From: Eledone cirrhosa
Taxonomy: Eukaryota
Assembly (NCBI GenBank): GCA_964016885.1
Contig: OZ024742.1
Coordinates: 91,574,001-91,638,000, forward strand
Reading direction: 5' to 3'
Length of the DNA: 64,000 bases
Shown: positions 23,480 through 37,471 of the stretch, in pieces
Layout of the letters: each line of letters begins with the position of its first letter
How positions within the stretch are numbered: position 1 is the first letter of the stretch
The notes under the pieces: model-generated
What the model was told of the DNA's origin: nothing
Seen by the model: the letters and a program-made list of their open reading frames with translations, nothing else
The model's database searches: none
Position numbers and translations under genes: made by a program

Positions 23480-24630
23480 TCCTTATGTACCCTCATATTC
23501 TTTTTAAAACCAGAAATTGTTTTGCAGACTGTTTTGCACACCACGCATGTTGGAGAGATAGTGCTGAATACATTGGCATTTCATGTGATTCTAGTTGTCC
23601 ATGGTCAAGACATCTCTCTTTAAATATTCTGCAACCTTCCTCTGCGAGTCTTCTCCATTCATCCCTCTTTAAAATAAGCATTTCCCAGTTCTGAACTTCA
23701 AACTGTCGACCCGAAGAGTACAACAGAGAACTCAGAATGTAGGCCTTGTACACCAATCCTAGATACACGGACCATTATATTTGGCTCAATATATGCTTCC
23801 CTTGGTGATGGGGGGAAAAGTACCTTAGTCTTTTCAGATTAACTTCCATGCGAAATTCATTACAAGAAGCTTCAAAACAATCCATAATGTGTTGCATGTC
23901 TTCTTGTGAGTGAGCCAGAAAGTCAACATCGACTGCATACAGGAGTATTTCGAACACCTTGAGTATTTCGAACACCTTGAATTTGAAATCGAACCTTCTC
24001 AGGACAAAGATGCTTTCTGTAGTTCTAACGTGCAATAGAACACCTTTTGCACAACCCTGGAACGCATGAGTCTGCATCACAGTAAAAAATATTGAAAGCA
24101 GTGTGGGAGGCGGGATATCCCCCTGCTTCACGCCATTATCCATGTAACATCAAAGTCAATATGAAATAATTCATAGAACGACATAATACTTTCTTCAATC
24201 TCCTGGAGAGTTGGACCATAAATTGACAAAATTGTTGCACATCGCCCACGTGCAAGTGGAAGGCTCAACTTTATTATACGTCACTGATTCTAAAGGGACG
24301 CTCTAAATGTTGTGCTAGAATGTCTTGCTCTGAAAAACCAACACCACCATCTCACCGTTTCCCTTTTGGTTTCCCTGTACAGAAAAGTGTGAAACCTGAT
24401 GAAGCTTCAGTCAGCTGATCACACCATGAGAGACGTGTTTCTAACGTGCGGTTCTTCTTTCTGGTCGGTTTGATGAATTTTGGTCCAAAAGGGTTCTAAC
24501 ATTCCAGCAGCAAATATTGAGTTTCACTCAAATTTTCATAATTTTTTTACCGTATCCTTTACTGTTTGTTTTCCTGCCTCATAGTCGCAGTAAACTACTT
24601 CATTCTTGCTTCATTCTGCCGATAACCGCA
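23480..24630 (-). mobile_element. RTE (BovB-like) LINE with multiple internal deletions
   Basis: APE endonuclease LNICCWNVRTLLD...RPERRTA..ETR...GGVGF (~24525-24335). RT motifs GVKQGD..PTLLSIFF and LLYAVD (degenerate YADD), then VYKAYILSSLLYSS. Confidence 0.8.
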
Positions 24631-25263
24631 GTAAAATTATTAAGCAGTTCTCAATGCACCTTTTCTACCACCTTCCCAAGAATTTGAATGAGCTGTGCAC
24701 AGTTGTAAATGAGTTGCAAAAATTCGCTGACTTTTTCATAAATGAAAGTTAAAATATTAAAATGGTTATAAAAAAGTATATATAAAAAGAATTATTTAAA
24801 AGGTTTTTAAAAAGTTAAAAAATGTTATATATATATATATGCACACACAGATACGCGCGCAATCACCCCCCCCCGCCCCACACACACACAATATATATAT
24901 ATATATAGATATACATAGATTGAATTGAAGTAACATTGTAAACTTTATATAAAATATTGCAATAAATAGTAAAGTAACTTTGATATAAAATTATTGAAAT
25001 ATGAAAGAGAAATAAAAACATTAATTGAATAAATTATGAACATTTGTAAAAAAATTGAAACATAGTAAAATGATTTCATGAAAGGGAAACGAAAATATTA
25101 TCAATATAATTTTGAAATATCAAAAATTATGAATATTGTCATTGCTATAATTCAAACATACAATTAGAATTCTTAAAATTAAATCATAGTTGCTACAAAA
25201 TGAAAACAATGAAAAACATATAAGCTGGTATTCTGATGTAAAAATGAAGTAAATCTAGTATTA

Positions 25264-25356
25264 TCCCGCCGAGGTTGACTTTGCCTTTCATCCTTACGGG
25301 GTCGATAAAATAAAGTACCAGTAATGCTGGCCTTGTACCTAAAGTAGAAACAATTA
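25264..25356 (+). mobile_element. SINE family A, 5'-truncated
   Basis: TCCCGCCGAGGTTGACTTTGCCTTTCATCCTTACGGGG...GAAACAATT. Confidence 0.85.
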
Positions 25357-25694
25357 TCAAAGTGGTCGGGGTTGGGCTCACAAAGTCATGAGTTCAATCC
25401 TCGGACCGAGCAAGGCACTTCATTTCAATCAGCTAAAAAAACAAACAAAAGGAAGTGCACCAACAGCTTGGACTTAACGCTGCAATAGACTGACATCCGT
25501 TCCAGGCGGAGTTTTGTACTTTCAGTTGATTAACCTCCCATGAAACTGGAATAACCTCCGATCTGGACACATAACCAACATTAGCAAATAAACATTTGCG
25601 ATAGTAAGGTATGATATAAAGTGGTCGATTCAACGTGTAGATATTTCTATGACGATACGACATATTGTTAGTTGAGTATTGTTATAATTGAGTA

Positions 25695-25890
25695 GCCCCA
25701 AGTATATATCAGCTGCATCTATCGGACAGAATGGCGAAAGCATTGTCACGGAGAACGGCCAGCAACAAACGCTGCATCAACCACTCCACCTCACCGGGAT
25801 CTTCCTGAGGTGTGATGCACACATCCCAATCTTCTGGGGGAAACCGACAGTGCGGCGATCGAGGACACAAGATCTCTCAACGGCATGACT
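25695..25890 (-). mobile_element. CRE-clade 3' remnant
   Basis: Minus translation PQEDPGEVEWLMQRLLLAVLRDNAFAILS matches the CRE C-terminal motif. Confidence 0.7.
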
Positions 25891-28269
25891 TAGCTCCATT
25901 TATTAAATAGATAATAATCATGTTCTAAATAGTGAAACTTCAGCACCGTAATCTTTTAAATTTAATAAAAGTACTTACCTTACATGTTAATGTTCCGATT
26001 CGCTTTGCGAAGATCAAAGATTTGGTGTTGGTTTGGCGATGAAGCAATTTTTAGGCGATTTACAAGATTAATAGATCCTCCGTTGGTTTTGGAGATGGGC
26101 ATACACTAGTTCGATTAATTGAACGTCCACCTCATGAAATTAACATGCAGATGGTAAACTATTCTTCATACTTGTGCACCTTTAACGTAATTCCCAGGTA
26201 CAATTAGGGTGATAATTATAAAACTTAGAATTACTGGTACAATCCAATCAAATAAGCTTCCATAGATTCCGTCTACATGATTTCACCTCCAAGACTTGGC
26301 TCGACTCGAGTCTATAGTAATTGACACTTGCCCATGATGTCATGTTGAATAATCGAACCAGGGGTCGTAGGGTTGGGAAGCAATCATTTTATTCACTTTT
26401 GTTCACTACACAACATCAGTTCACAATGGAAGAACAGTACACAATTGGTTCTTGATTAAATGTAATGCTGAGAAAATCTGTTCACATTGCAATTTCTAAT
26501 AAATGATCCTTAAAGGTGGGTTGTTTCGTATATAAATAAAGAATTAAAGGTTGTTGATGGGTAGAATTGGTGAAGCGTCGGATAAAATGCCATTGGACTA
26601 TAAGTTGGGTAGACAGAAACTGTATGGAAGCCCAACGGATGAATTATACACGTAGCTCAAAGTCTGACTTCATCCCTTTTTGTTATTTTGATTCCCTTTA
26701 TGAATTATGTCAAGCGTTAACGTTATTATTGAATACCTAACTACCTACAAGCTAGAGTTTAACTTTCGATGGATCAGATGACTGAATGCCCATCGTAGAA
26801 ACCGATGGAAAATCCATCATTATCCAACTATAAATGAATTACATTGAGATGCAAGGAATCAGAACCTTCCTCTGGCATTACCTCAAACGAAGTTTAATAT
26901 ATTCGTATTTCGTAGCAGCAATTTTACAAACCTAGAAACCTTTATTGAAACTCGGCCAAAAAATTGAAATAATAATATATTCACTCCACAATCAATTATC
27001 ATTTGTTTTGCAGAGACGTACTTGAAAATATACCCTTTACTTAGCCAACAAATCTAACAATGGTTTAATGTTCTCCATTAGTTCCTTTTACTCACTTTGA
27101 CGAAAGATTTCCATTCTGAATGATTGCAAGCCTTATCACGAGTTTGCTCCCCTGCCAGATATCTGCTAATTGTTTCTGTAATAATCTTGATTCATAGATG
27201 TAAGGTAGCTAGCCTCATACATCATCCTTCCTCTCTTCTCAACACAATGGGAAAACTAACCTAGCGTTTTGAAGTCATGGAGGGGAGGCTGCTGGGTCCC
27301 TGGATTGCGACTCTTTTCGGGTATTGTTAGCGTACGACTCTTTTCCTTCATTCTAATTTCAAGGGAACATTAGATAACGCTATGTCCAGTTTTGAAAATA
27401 TCTTTCTTTAAATCATTTCACTACTCTCAAAAAGCCAGTAGGTAATGGTACATCCAGTTTTTAAATAATGTTTCTGTATATACTTGGATTGAAATAACGT
27501 TTCTTCAAATAATTCTATTTTCAAAATGACAGTAGATAATCCTATGTCCAATATTCTGCTTCCAGTTCCTTCAAACCTTTTTTGGATTCTCTCTTGTTGA
27601 AAAAGAAAATGAAGTTAAAACATTGTGTACCCCTTTCATCACATTCTTGGAGAATGTGCACATATATTCCAATTGGTTTCGATGAAGATTGTTTAAATTT
27701 CGATCAACGGAGCATCCAGCTCTTGATTTTAACGTGCAAGTGGTTGGTCATTACACTTAAGGTAATTCACATTATTATTCAGCGTGACACTGTGACAAGA
27801 CTAACTCTTTGAATTACGATAAAATAATGAACAAGCCCAAGAAATGGATTGGTGGAATTGTTAAAATAACATATGATATGGCTTGCAGTATTTGTTTCGG
27901 TTCTTTGTGTTCGTTATTTGGTAGACTGAATCCTGAGACTTATGTTTTGAGATACCTGTTTTCGACGTTGAGCATTCAGTTGTTCAAACAGTCGAATTCC
28001 TAGTAATAAAACTAATTTCACAAACGAATATCTTATGACGTATCAGAGTGATAAAACCTGACAAAAGTTGAACCTTTGAATTAAATGTATAATCGAGAAA
28101 GAGAGAGGTGGGGGTAGAAGATAAACGAAGTCTATATTTGAATTACCTTAGTTGATCAACCCGAAAGAAGCAAAGGCAATGTTAACATCGCTGAGTAATG
28201 AACGCGAAGTGTAGACTGTTGGAACAAATACTAAAGTCTATTAATTCACAAACTTAATATATAAATTTG

Positions 28270-28740
28270 TTTCTAATTTAGGCACAAGGGGAGAAAATAA
28301 AAACAAATGAAAAATCGATTATATCGACCCCAGTATTTAACTGGTGCTTCATTTCATCGACCCTGGAAAAACGAAAGGGGAAGTTTATCTCGGGAGGGAT
28401 TTGAACTCAGAACATTAAAACCAGTAAAAACACTGTTAGGCATTTTGTCCGACGCCCAAATGATTCTGTTAACCCACCGCCCCATATCTCTTTCATATAA
28501 TGGTTTCTAATTTAAACAAAATACTAAGGGTCGTGGATTGGCGAAATTGATATAGCGTCGAATAGAATACCCCTGTGAGATTTGTTTCGGCTCTTTACAT
28601 TCTGAGTTCAAATCCTACCAAGATCAATTTTGTTTTCCATCCTTTCGGGATCGATAAAATATAGTATCAGTCAAATAATTGCATTCTATCAACTTTTCTG
28701 TTCACCCCAATTTCCTGGCTTTGTGCTTAAATTAGAAAGC
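28270..28740. mobile_element. Two older SINE-A copies in head-to-head orientation (28270-28482 minus, 28527-28740 plus)
   Basis: GGATTTGAACTCAGAA on the first copy, CTGAGTTCAAATCC on the second. Confidence 0.7.
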
Positions 28741-29766
28741 AATTTAGGCATAGAGCTCGCAATTTGAGGCAAAAGAAAGTTTAACAATTTTGCCAATCCG
28801 GTGTGTTCTACTGCTTAAATATAAAAATACACAATATATATGTTAATTCGTAGTTATATCATATTAAGTGTAGCGTAGCAGAATTGATCCCAGATGGTGA
28901 ATTGACTGAGAGAAAACTAGAAGATAGATTGTTAATGATGTCATGAATATATACAAGCATTACACATACATGCATCCAGCATAGCAAATGGTTTCTGGCA
29001 TATCAATTATTACACACACATATAAATGAGTATTGGAAGGTGCGAAATATGTTTTGTGTTGGTTTCATTATGGTGTAACTGTGGTAGATAATTTACTGCA
29101 GTTTGAATTTACAAGGATGTTGAATACATAAAGAAAGGACTATAAATGCCATAAATACGAGGAAAAAAAGTAATAAAAGGTGAAGGGGAGAGGCTGACAG
29201 ACTACACTTTGGTCAGAGAAATGTTTCGGCTGCGCCCCGCGGACAAAATGGCAAATACTATATTTGGAAGTCTAATTCTTTGAGCGCCTGTTTGTTGTAT
29301 GGAACCAACTGGAAAATGGATGATGTAACGTTAACTATGCCTCAATAGTTTTCAAGTTCAAGCTTGAATTTTATATTAAACGACAAATTTCCTTTACATT
29401 TATTCTCCTCTCTTTTTAAGGATCCCTTCAAAGTAAATATAGTTTGATATGGCGGACAACTGATCCGCTGATAAGATTACCACACCAGGTAATAACTAAA
29501 TGCTGGACACAGCATTACATATTGCCTATCATGAAGTAATTCCATTTAACAGCCTTTGAATAAAGTTAGCAGAGCAGTTATTGTATTAGCAAATAAATAG
29601 CTTATTTAACGATGAAGGTAAAAAGTGATCCAATGAAGAAAATATCGAAACCAATGAGATTATTGCAACCCCCCACCCCACACACACACACAAAACGGTT
29701 CACATAATCGAGCATCCACCATCGTTTGCACATCACCCTACCTGGGTCGATTTTGCGTTTTATTAT

Positions 29767-29930
29767 TTGCAGTATCGGTAGAGAGTCGGACGTCATGCTT
29801 TCCAGCATAGTTACGTCCCTTTACGGTCTGAGTTCAAATCCCGCCGAGGTTAACTTTGCCTTTCATCCTTACGGGGTCGATAAAATAAAGTACCAATTGC
29901 TGGCCTTGTGCCAAAAGTAGAAACAATTAT
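29767..29930 (+). mobile_element. SINE family A
   Basis: Matches the family consensus. Confidence 0.88.
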
Positions 29931-30430
29931 TTGCAGGCTGTGATTTCAAATTCCGCCTTTCATTCTTACGGGGTTAATAAATAAAGGACCAGTCCCGTTT
30001 TGGGGGTAGATTCGTCCTCTATATTTCTTTTTCTCTCAGTCTCAATATTTATTTCCTTGGAGTGATCGGCTGTATTTACACTTGAAGAAGGACCGCTGAC
30101 TTTAAGTCCTCATGATACGCCGTAAATCATTGGGACACCCATACGACTCAATCAGGAGTTAAGGCCTCATGCATGCAATATGTTTATGATGAACGCCACT
30201 TGCCCGTTAATTCCGCGAGGAAGCTGTTCTGTTGATCGGATAACTTTAACACTTATCGTCGAAACAGACGTAAGCTCAATTTATTTCGTCTATGACCACA
30301 TTGTACAATTCCCCTTTCTCTAAAACAGTAAGGTGTTATTTGATGGTTGGTGGCTGTTCTTTTTGCAGGTTGTGTGACTACATACATGTTTCTTATTGCA
30401 GTGAATGTTTAATTTTATTATTCAATTTAG

Positions 30431-30641
30431 GAAGGGTGGTGGATTGGCAGTGTCATTATATCAACAGACAAAATGATTTGCAGCATTCAGTTACAACGTT
30501 TTGTATTCAAATCGCTGAGATTAGCTCTGTCTTTCATCCTCACGGGGTCGAAAATATAAAGTACCAGTAATGCACTGCTTTCGAATTAATCGACCCCCCC
30601 CCCCCTAATTGTTAGCCTTGTGCCGAAATCAGAAACCATTA
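30431..30641 (+). mobile_element. SINE family A, older full-length copy
   Basis: AAGGGTGGTGGATTGGCAG head and CATCCTCACGGGGTCG core. Confidence 0.7.
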
Positions 30642-32819
30642 TGTAAAGGGGTGGTGGATTAGCAGCATCGTTAGAACATCGGACAAAATGACTTGTGTAA
30701 TTTGTTCCGTCTCTTTGCGTTCTGAGTTCAAATTTCTCCAGAAGTCAAACTTCATTTTAATTATTTACCGGCAGAGTACCTTGCTTGATCTAAATGAATG
30801 TTAAACTCCTCCTTACCAATTTCGTGTCTACTAAGACAGCATCGTGAATATGAGTCAACTATGCTCGGCGATTGTACTGTGACGTTTGCTTTGTTATTTC
30901 TGCTTTTTTTTTTATTTTACACACACATTACATTGCATACTGTTTTATTGGTTTCAGTCAATTGACTATGGCCATGTGGGAGCAACCAAAGTACATATTT
31001 TTTCCCGCCTGGTATTCATTTCATCAATATCTATTTTATCGAACCAGACAAAAACGTAAACGCGCGCGCGCACACACATACACGTGTATTTAAGATAGAA
31101 CAAGACAAAGTAGTTGGTGGCAACATTTTCACATCGTTATTTTCCTATATGTTTTTAATGACTTAGAGGAGGATGGTACTTAATTATTTTCTTGAGAGGG
31201 TCATATAGCACCCTCTCCCTTCGTTCAACCAACCACGGCATACGTAGATTACGATTGGGCACCTTCAGCCAGTGTGGGCCTCTGCGCAACTAGCTAATGT
31301 CCATGTGCCTTAAAATGGTACTGGAGCCGACTCCAGCTAGAGAATCTATAGAATTGTGAAAAGGAGTTAACTACGCTCGGCGATCATAACCGTCCAGTGT
31401 AGTCTGTTAAACCAGTCGTGATTCCCCGTCAGGCTCCAGATATATGTGGACAGGTTATCAATTCAAGTGCTGGCTTCATCATACTATTCTATGTTTTTAG
31501 CGACCCACTTTGTCATTTCCGCCATCCTAAGATGGACACAATTTCAACTGTATCGCAAAGAATTTCGCCTCCAGAGTGAAATCACACATTTTTGAAAAAT
31601 TCAGAGGAGGAAAGACAGCAGTTTCTATAGTCTCCGTGACGGGTCGGAAGAAAGGAAAACTTTACCCTTAGACCGTAGACATGGGTCAAATACTTTCAAC
31701 GGATTAGTCTCTGCCAAAGTCACTTATGGACCGGCGTGGTGGTGGCATATTATTATGGTGTAAGAAATTAAGTCTTCCATACAGACAATGGAACAACACA
31801 TTAAAATACCGATATAGTGTGTCAAGCTGACATTGCCGCGTTGTTGCTCAAATTTAGGTCATTATTTACTTTAAACTCCCTTCTTTGTTATAAGCGAACA
31901 AATTAAAATGTTACTGCTTTCTGGGAAATAATTGTCACAATCAATGATTATATTCATTTCTCTTTTTCATACAGTCAAACACACTAAACGAGCAGTAATG
32001 GCCATTTCCTTTATGAAAGTGTCACCCTGTTAGATTTGAAAACCTTAATGTTTAGCACGACATCTACATATTATTTAAGACGGCAAATTGTTAAATTCGT
32101 TACAGTGTCGGATTAAATATATTGGTATTTGTTCTAGTTCTCTGTGCTCGGAATCCAAATCTCACCGCCGCCAACGTTACCTTGCACCCTTTCAGAGATC
32201 GATAAATAAATACCAGACCAAGGCCGGTGCATTGCTAGCATTGATAAGGAGTTGGTCGGGATCTTGGCAGTATTTTTCCAGTTCAAATTCTGTCTCTTGT
32301 AATAGTAAAAGCGGTGGCACTTCTGTCAAGAGTTGCTACAGGTTGATAGTATCAGCAATGATTTGCTCAGGGAAACATTGTTTCTTTAGTCAAATTTAAT
32401 GATAGGCTCTTTTCCATTCTTTCATTATTGAAAATATAGTTCAATATCTTCGATGCTTTATATTTTAATTAGCAAATACAAAAACTTGTAAGAGCTCATT
32501 TTACATGTAATATACAGGGCAGTTCATAGGACGCTATTATGTGTTCTTGACTGCGAGTGACGTTCTACTCACTGCTTTCTATGTTCATGGTCTACATACA
32601 AATCGATTGTGAATTTCCAAGGTGTATTAGAATCTGATGACCGAATTTATACTACTTGGGTTCGGTATTGTTGCGTCTCTCCTGTTTAAATATTTGACAA
32701 ATTTTCAGTCATTAGTTCTGAGAGAATTGCTTCCCAAGCTCTGATTTTGACAGAATCTAATTCTTTTATATGATAGACCATTATCTGCCATGTGTGATGA
32801 TATGATTGAAACAGAAACG

Positions 32820-33006
32820 TTCCTCTCTAAGGGACAGGCGGGGAGATCTCCCAACCACTTTGGGGTGGGTGAGAGATGTTTTCTCTTGTGAAAATGAGTA
32901 TAGCTTTCATTATGTAAAATCTCCCCATTTTGCCTCATTTCTCCCCGTTTGAGGCACTTTCTTTCATGGTACTCTCCGTTTGGGTTTTTAGAGGTTAGCA
33001 GGTCTG
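32820..33006 (-). mobile_element. MITE (CAGACCTG TIR family), left end degraded
   Basis: Highly similar to 38984-39175; ends GTTAGCAGGTCTG. Confidence 0.8.
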
Positions 33007-34609
33007 GTGATATTCTTCAAGTGGAATGCGAAAGCCAATAGAACCTGGCAGCAGTGACGTCACAAGACAACTCAGAAGGCAAAGTACAGAAAGATATACT
33101 ACAAAGCATTACATTGGATGCTCTAACAACCCACTGCTCAGGACTGGCATATTATTATAAAAGACGAAGAGCAAAGTTGACTTTGGAGGGAGTGGATATT
33201 CATGACGTAGAGAACCGGGCAAATATTACGAAGCATTTTAATCTAATACTTAAATAAAGCTGCTAATTCACATAACTACGGTATATATAGACGAGAAAGA
33301 TTCAAATGTACTTATATTGTAAATTACATTTGTTCGAAACAAAATTAAAACAGTTCAAAATACTTTAACAACAAAAAACGCTACGTCACATTTCAGTGAA
33401 TATTCTTAAAACTACTGCTGTAATTATAAACTATTATACAAGTTTGAAATTGGAAGTTCTTTACCTTTTGTTGTATTTCGGTTTAACAAATTACTGCAAA
33501 TATATTCAAGTATCTGAATAAATGATATAGCAGTTTATCCACGAGCAGAATTCCGCACATACTCGTCATCGCCAGGTTCATTTAGTCAGTTTCAATGACT
33601 GGGGAACATCTGAAAATATAAGAGTAGAATGTGAGCACAGGGCAGAGAAGTTTAAATAATGATTTGTAATGAATGTTTCATTAAATTGGCGTATTCTGCT
33701 AATGGTTAGGTCACCCTAGCTGAACATGAAAAACCTAGCTTGAAGTTTGGTATGTACAGGAAATCAGTAGCTAATAAAAGTAATACAATAAAAATATAAA
33801 GAATTACTGTAAAACAATCAATGAACAAATAGAAATACCTTTTTAAAAACTGTTGTTCGTTTTTTTTACTCCTTTTTCCAATAAAGAGATTTGACCGAAA
33901 CATAAAAAATAGATAGAAGGATTTCATTGTCAGCGTTTATAACATTAAAAAATTATGATTTATGCGGTATACAATTAAGGGAGAATAAAATAAATACCAA
34001 AACAAAGGCGGTGAAATTAGACATTCAAATTAATATTGTTGTTGCTTAACTTTGTTTAACTTTAGGTCAGTCCTAATCGAGCAGATCTATCATCAAAGGT
34101 TTTCCAGCTTTGATACTTCTGTATTTTGTTTTCAGACTATAGAGTATCCAGAACTATATTATTCAACATTCTTAAAGTCAGTAGGGTGTGCTTTGACAAC
34201 CATATAAAAAAAAAAATCTTCCTTTTATCGCAATCAAAATGTTTCAACATTATTATTCTCCTACCAGAACATTCCTTGTGTAAAGGAATTTAAAAGAAGA
34301 ACAGTGAAAAAACAAAATTCGAATATAAATAGGATAATAGAAAAAGAAAACAAAAAACAATATCATGTTGATGATACCACGAGTTTGATAAGAAAGGGTC
34401 AATAAATATGTTAATATGTTTTGAAATAAAAAATAAAAAAAGGTGCTGCGCTTTTTAAATAATTTTTCCTGTACTAATCTTTGGTTTGATCTCAAACAAT
34501 TTTATAGCTTGTTAATAGTGAATAATATAGTTCTGCTTCTTCTTAGGAACTGTTTTGACCGCTAATGAATTCCTCTAATCCTGATATATATTATTATAAC
34601 ATCCCAGAA

Positions 34610-35058
34610 ATTTGAAGGGAAAGAGAAAGTCGATTAAATTGATCCTAGTGTGTAACTGATACTTTATTTTATCGACCTCGGTAAGATAAAAGGCAAAGCT
34701 AGCCTCGGCGGTATTTGAACTCGGAACCTAACAAGAGGCAACTTTATGCTGTAGAGCATGTTGTCCGACGCTCTACCAATCAAAAGCCCTAAAATAATGG
34801 TTTCTGATTCAGACGCGAGACCAACAATTTCGGAGGAGGGTAAAGTCGATTAAATCGAATTCAGTGCATTACTGGTACTTATCGACTCTGTAATAATTGT
34901 TTCTACTTCAGGCACAAGGACAGCAATTACCCCAGTGCATTACCGGTGCTTTATTTTACCGACCCCCGTAATGATGAAATGGATTTGAACTCAGACCGTA
35001 AAGGGCCATAACTATGCTGCAAAGCATGGTGTCAGACGCTCTACCGATACTGCCAATC
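34610..35058 (-). mobile_element. Cluster of SINE-A copies (34610-34781, 34894-35058 and an intervening fragment)
   Basis: Reverse-complement consensus motifs TTTATCGAC...GATTTGAACTC...CTCTACCGATACTGCCAATC. Confidence 0.8.
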
Positions 35059-35109
35059 AATAATAATAATAAAAAGAAGAAGCAGAAGTAGAAGAATTTC
35101 AAAAATTCA

Positions 35110-35530
35110 TTGGCTGATATTACATTCAGGCCTGTGTTACCTGTTCATGAGCGGCTGTACAGGGATAGAAGTGCCAGCAGCCGAACCAGTTCGAAATGCA
35201 CGCAGGTCAACGAAGCCGTTCTGCACGGTATCGTTCCATGTCTGTGCATTTGTGGGTTTGTGCAAAACTGCTGTTATAGCATGCTGATCACATCCAGATG
35301 TGAGTCGAAGCTATATTGAAAATCGAAACGTCATATTCTCTTGGCCAGGAAAGGCAGCAATTGTTTTTCTCTGCACAGTGACTATAGCAAAAGAAGCTGT
35401 GTGGTGGACATGATTGTAAGGCACCACTGGAAAAGGAAAGTGATGGTAGAGAAGGAGGTTCTGTATTTAAGCCTTTTTCCCGAAAGTGGGGTTTGGTGCA
35501 GCTGAATAGTCCTATTCTGAGTATGCTTTT
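35110..35530 (+). mobile_element. L1/Tx1-type LINE C-terminal (zf-RVT-like) remnant
   Basis: LPVHERLYR...SKC...EAVLHGIVPC resembles LPVxxxL..C..C...ETxxH...C. Downstream TIAKEAVWWT. Confidence 0.55.
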
Positions 35531-37430
35531 CTACACGGGAAAAAGAAGCAGGAAAAGACGTTTTTGAAGCTTTTCACCCTAATTATTCTGGTAATGCCCC
35601 TTGGAAAGACGTAGGCATTAACAGCACAACTTTCCATTTGTTACCTTCTAAAACAAGAATGAGAAAACTTTTTAGTACCAACTGCAACTTTTAAAACTAT
35701 ATGAACCTGTGGAGATGAATGTGAGGTAATAAATTACAGAAACTGTAATTTTACACATATATGCAGACAACTCATGCACACATACACACACACACACATA
35801 TGTATATATATATATAGTACACAATGTGATTCCGATTTGAAGTAGTGTCGACCCAGGGGACGACTTCTCGTTTCCTCTGTAACGTAGGAACGAGAGATAA
35901 CTGCTGTGAGGCGTGAGACTGTACCATTACATAATGTTACGTAATTGAGAACAGTTTTGAACCGTATTATTAGCAAAACACATTGAACGAAATAAACATA
36001 TGTTAAACAGATCTATCTTTCTCTTTTGTTATATTTGATTTGCAGTGGAAAAGTGTCATTGATCCATCGCAAAAAGTGTTAACACCAGGAAAATAAATGT
36101 TAAACGCAAATATAATCTAATAATTTTGGTGTTTATGAATATCTCTTCCATGAAGTTATTGCATTTATATATCTATGTGTTTATTTTCATGTGTACATTT
36201 AGAGATGATTTTTCGGTGGGCAGATTCTAAATTTGAATGTGGGCAAAATTTCGCCCGAGGCTGAGGATTTCCTCTTTTTCTAAAGAAACAAAAGCACACA
36301 GTGAGAGCTGTGGATGCAGTATGGTCAGCTGTTTAAGAAGATCGCTTTACAATCATATGGTCTCAAGTTCAATCCCACTACGCAGGATCTTAGATAAATT
36401 TCATTTACCAAGCTTTGTAAGTGAAATTTGGCTAGACGACAACTGTTTGGAAGCCCGTCAAAAAGACTTCACCTGTAATTTAAAGGGCCAGTCCTGCTCC
36501 CTGAGCTGGGAAAATGTACATTACGGATAAAAATCGTATATCGTGAAAGGATCATCTTTAAATTACCAAGGGAAATAATTCCCCTTAAGGTATATTGAAG
36601 AACAGGACGGACCTTTTTCTTTTACATATATCTATGTATGAAGGTCGTTTAAGCAGCTATGAATAAAAATGTATATATGCTAACTTGTGTTTAATGTAAT
36701 TTTGTAAAACCTAAACCTCTTTTTAAAAGACTTTTTCTAAACAATTCTTAAAAATCAAATGGTTAATACTCTAAAATATATAAATATATATCTTTATATA
36801 CCTCTTATTGAAAACTTGTACATCCTGAACCGTTCATTTTACATGAAAGAATAGAAAAGAGGACGAAATCCTAGATCACATATAATTTAGAAATTCGAAT
36901 ATCAGTAAATTTAAATGACAAATGCTTCAGTCTACATTTTGACCGAAGATAAGAAGAAAATCTAGAATAGATAAAATTCCTTTGGCATTTGTAAATAGTT
37001 TTAGATAAAGCGTTTAGCATTTGATAGACAATATGACCGTATCTGATACAGGGCATATTGGTTATCTTTATGGTATGGCGAATTGAGTGACATCCATATA
37101 TGTGATATAGCGAGTAGGCTGAGTTGCTGATTCGTGGCAAAAGTTGGTTTCCGGCTCCTTCCTGTTTCAAGAAACCAAATATTTTCTCGTTTATTCTACC
37201 AAGAAATTAATCTTATATCTGTTTAGTTTTCGAAATGGCACAGACACTCACAATAACACACACAAATGCAAATAATATACAAACATACACAACGCACACA
37301 CACACAACACACATATATGATTATATCATACATGCAAATGTATAGAAAGATCTTTATATATTAGATATTAATTTAACCATGAAAACAATAACAAAGTCAA
37401 GTTATTTTACCTATTCATATATCACGAAGA

Positions 37431-37471
<41 letters not shown>

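Noticed and set aside
27050-27720. Possible LINE or other TE coding remnant on the minus strand
   Set aside because: Many stops and no diagnostic motif identified.
30074-30127. HHR-like TTGAAGA-AGGAC...GTCCT with flanking ATTTAC/GTAAAT
   Set aside because: GAAA and the cleavage triplet are missing; too decayed to call.
33465-33609. Exon-like segment on the minus strand (TTTTCAG|...AAG|GTAAAG)
   Set aside because: Stops in all three frames and no independent support; at most a non-coding exon.
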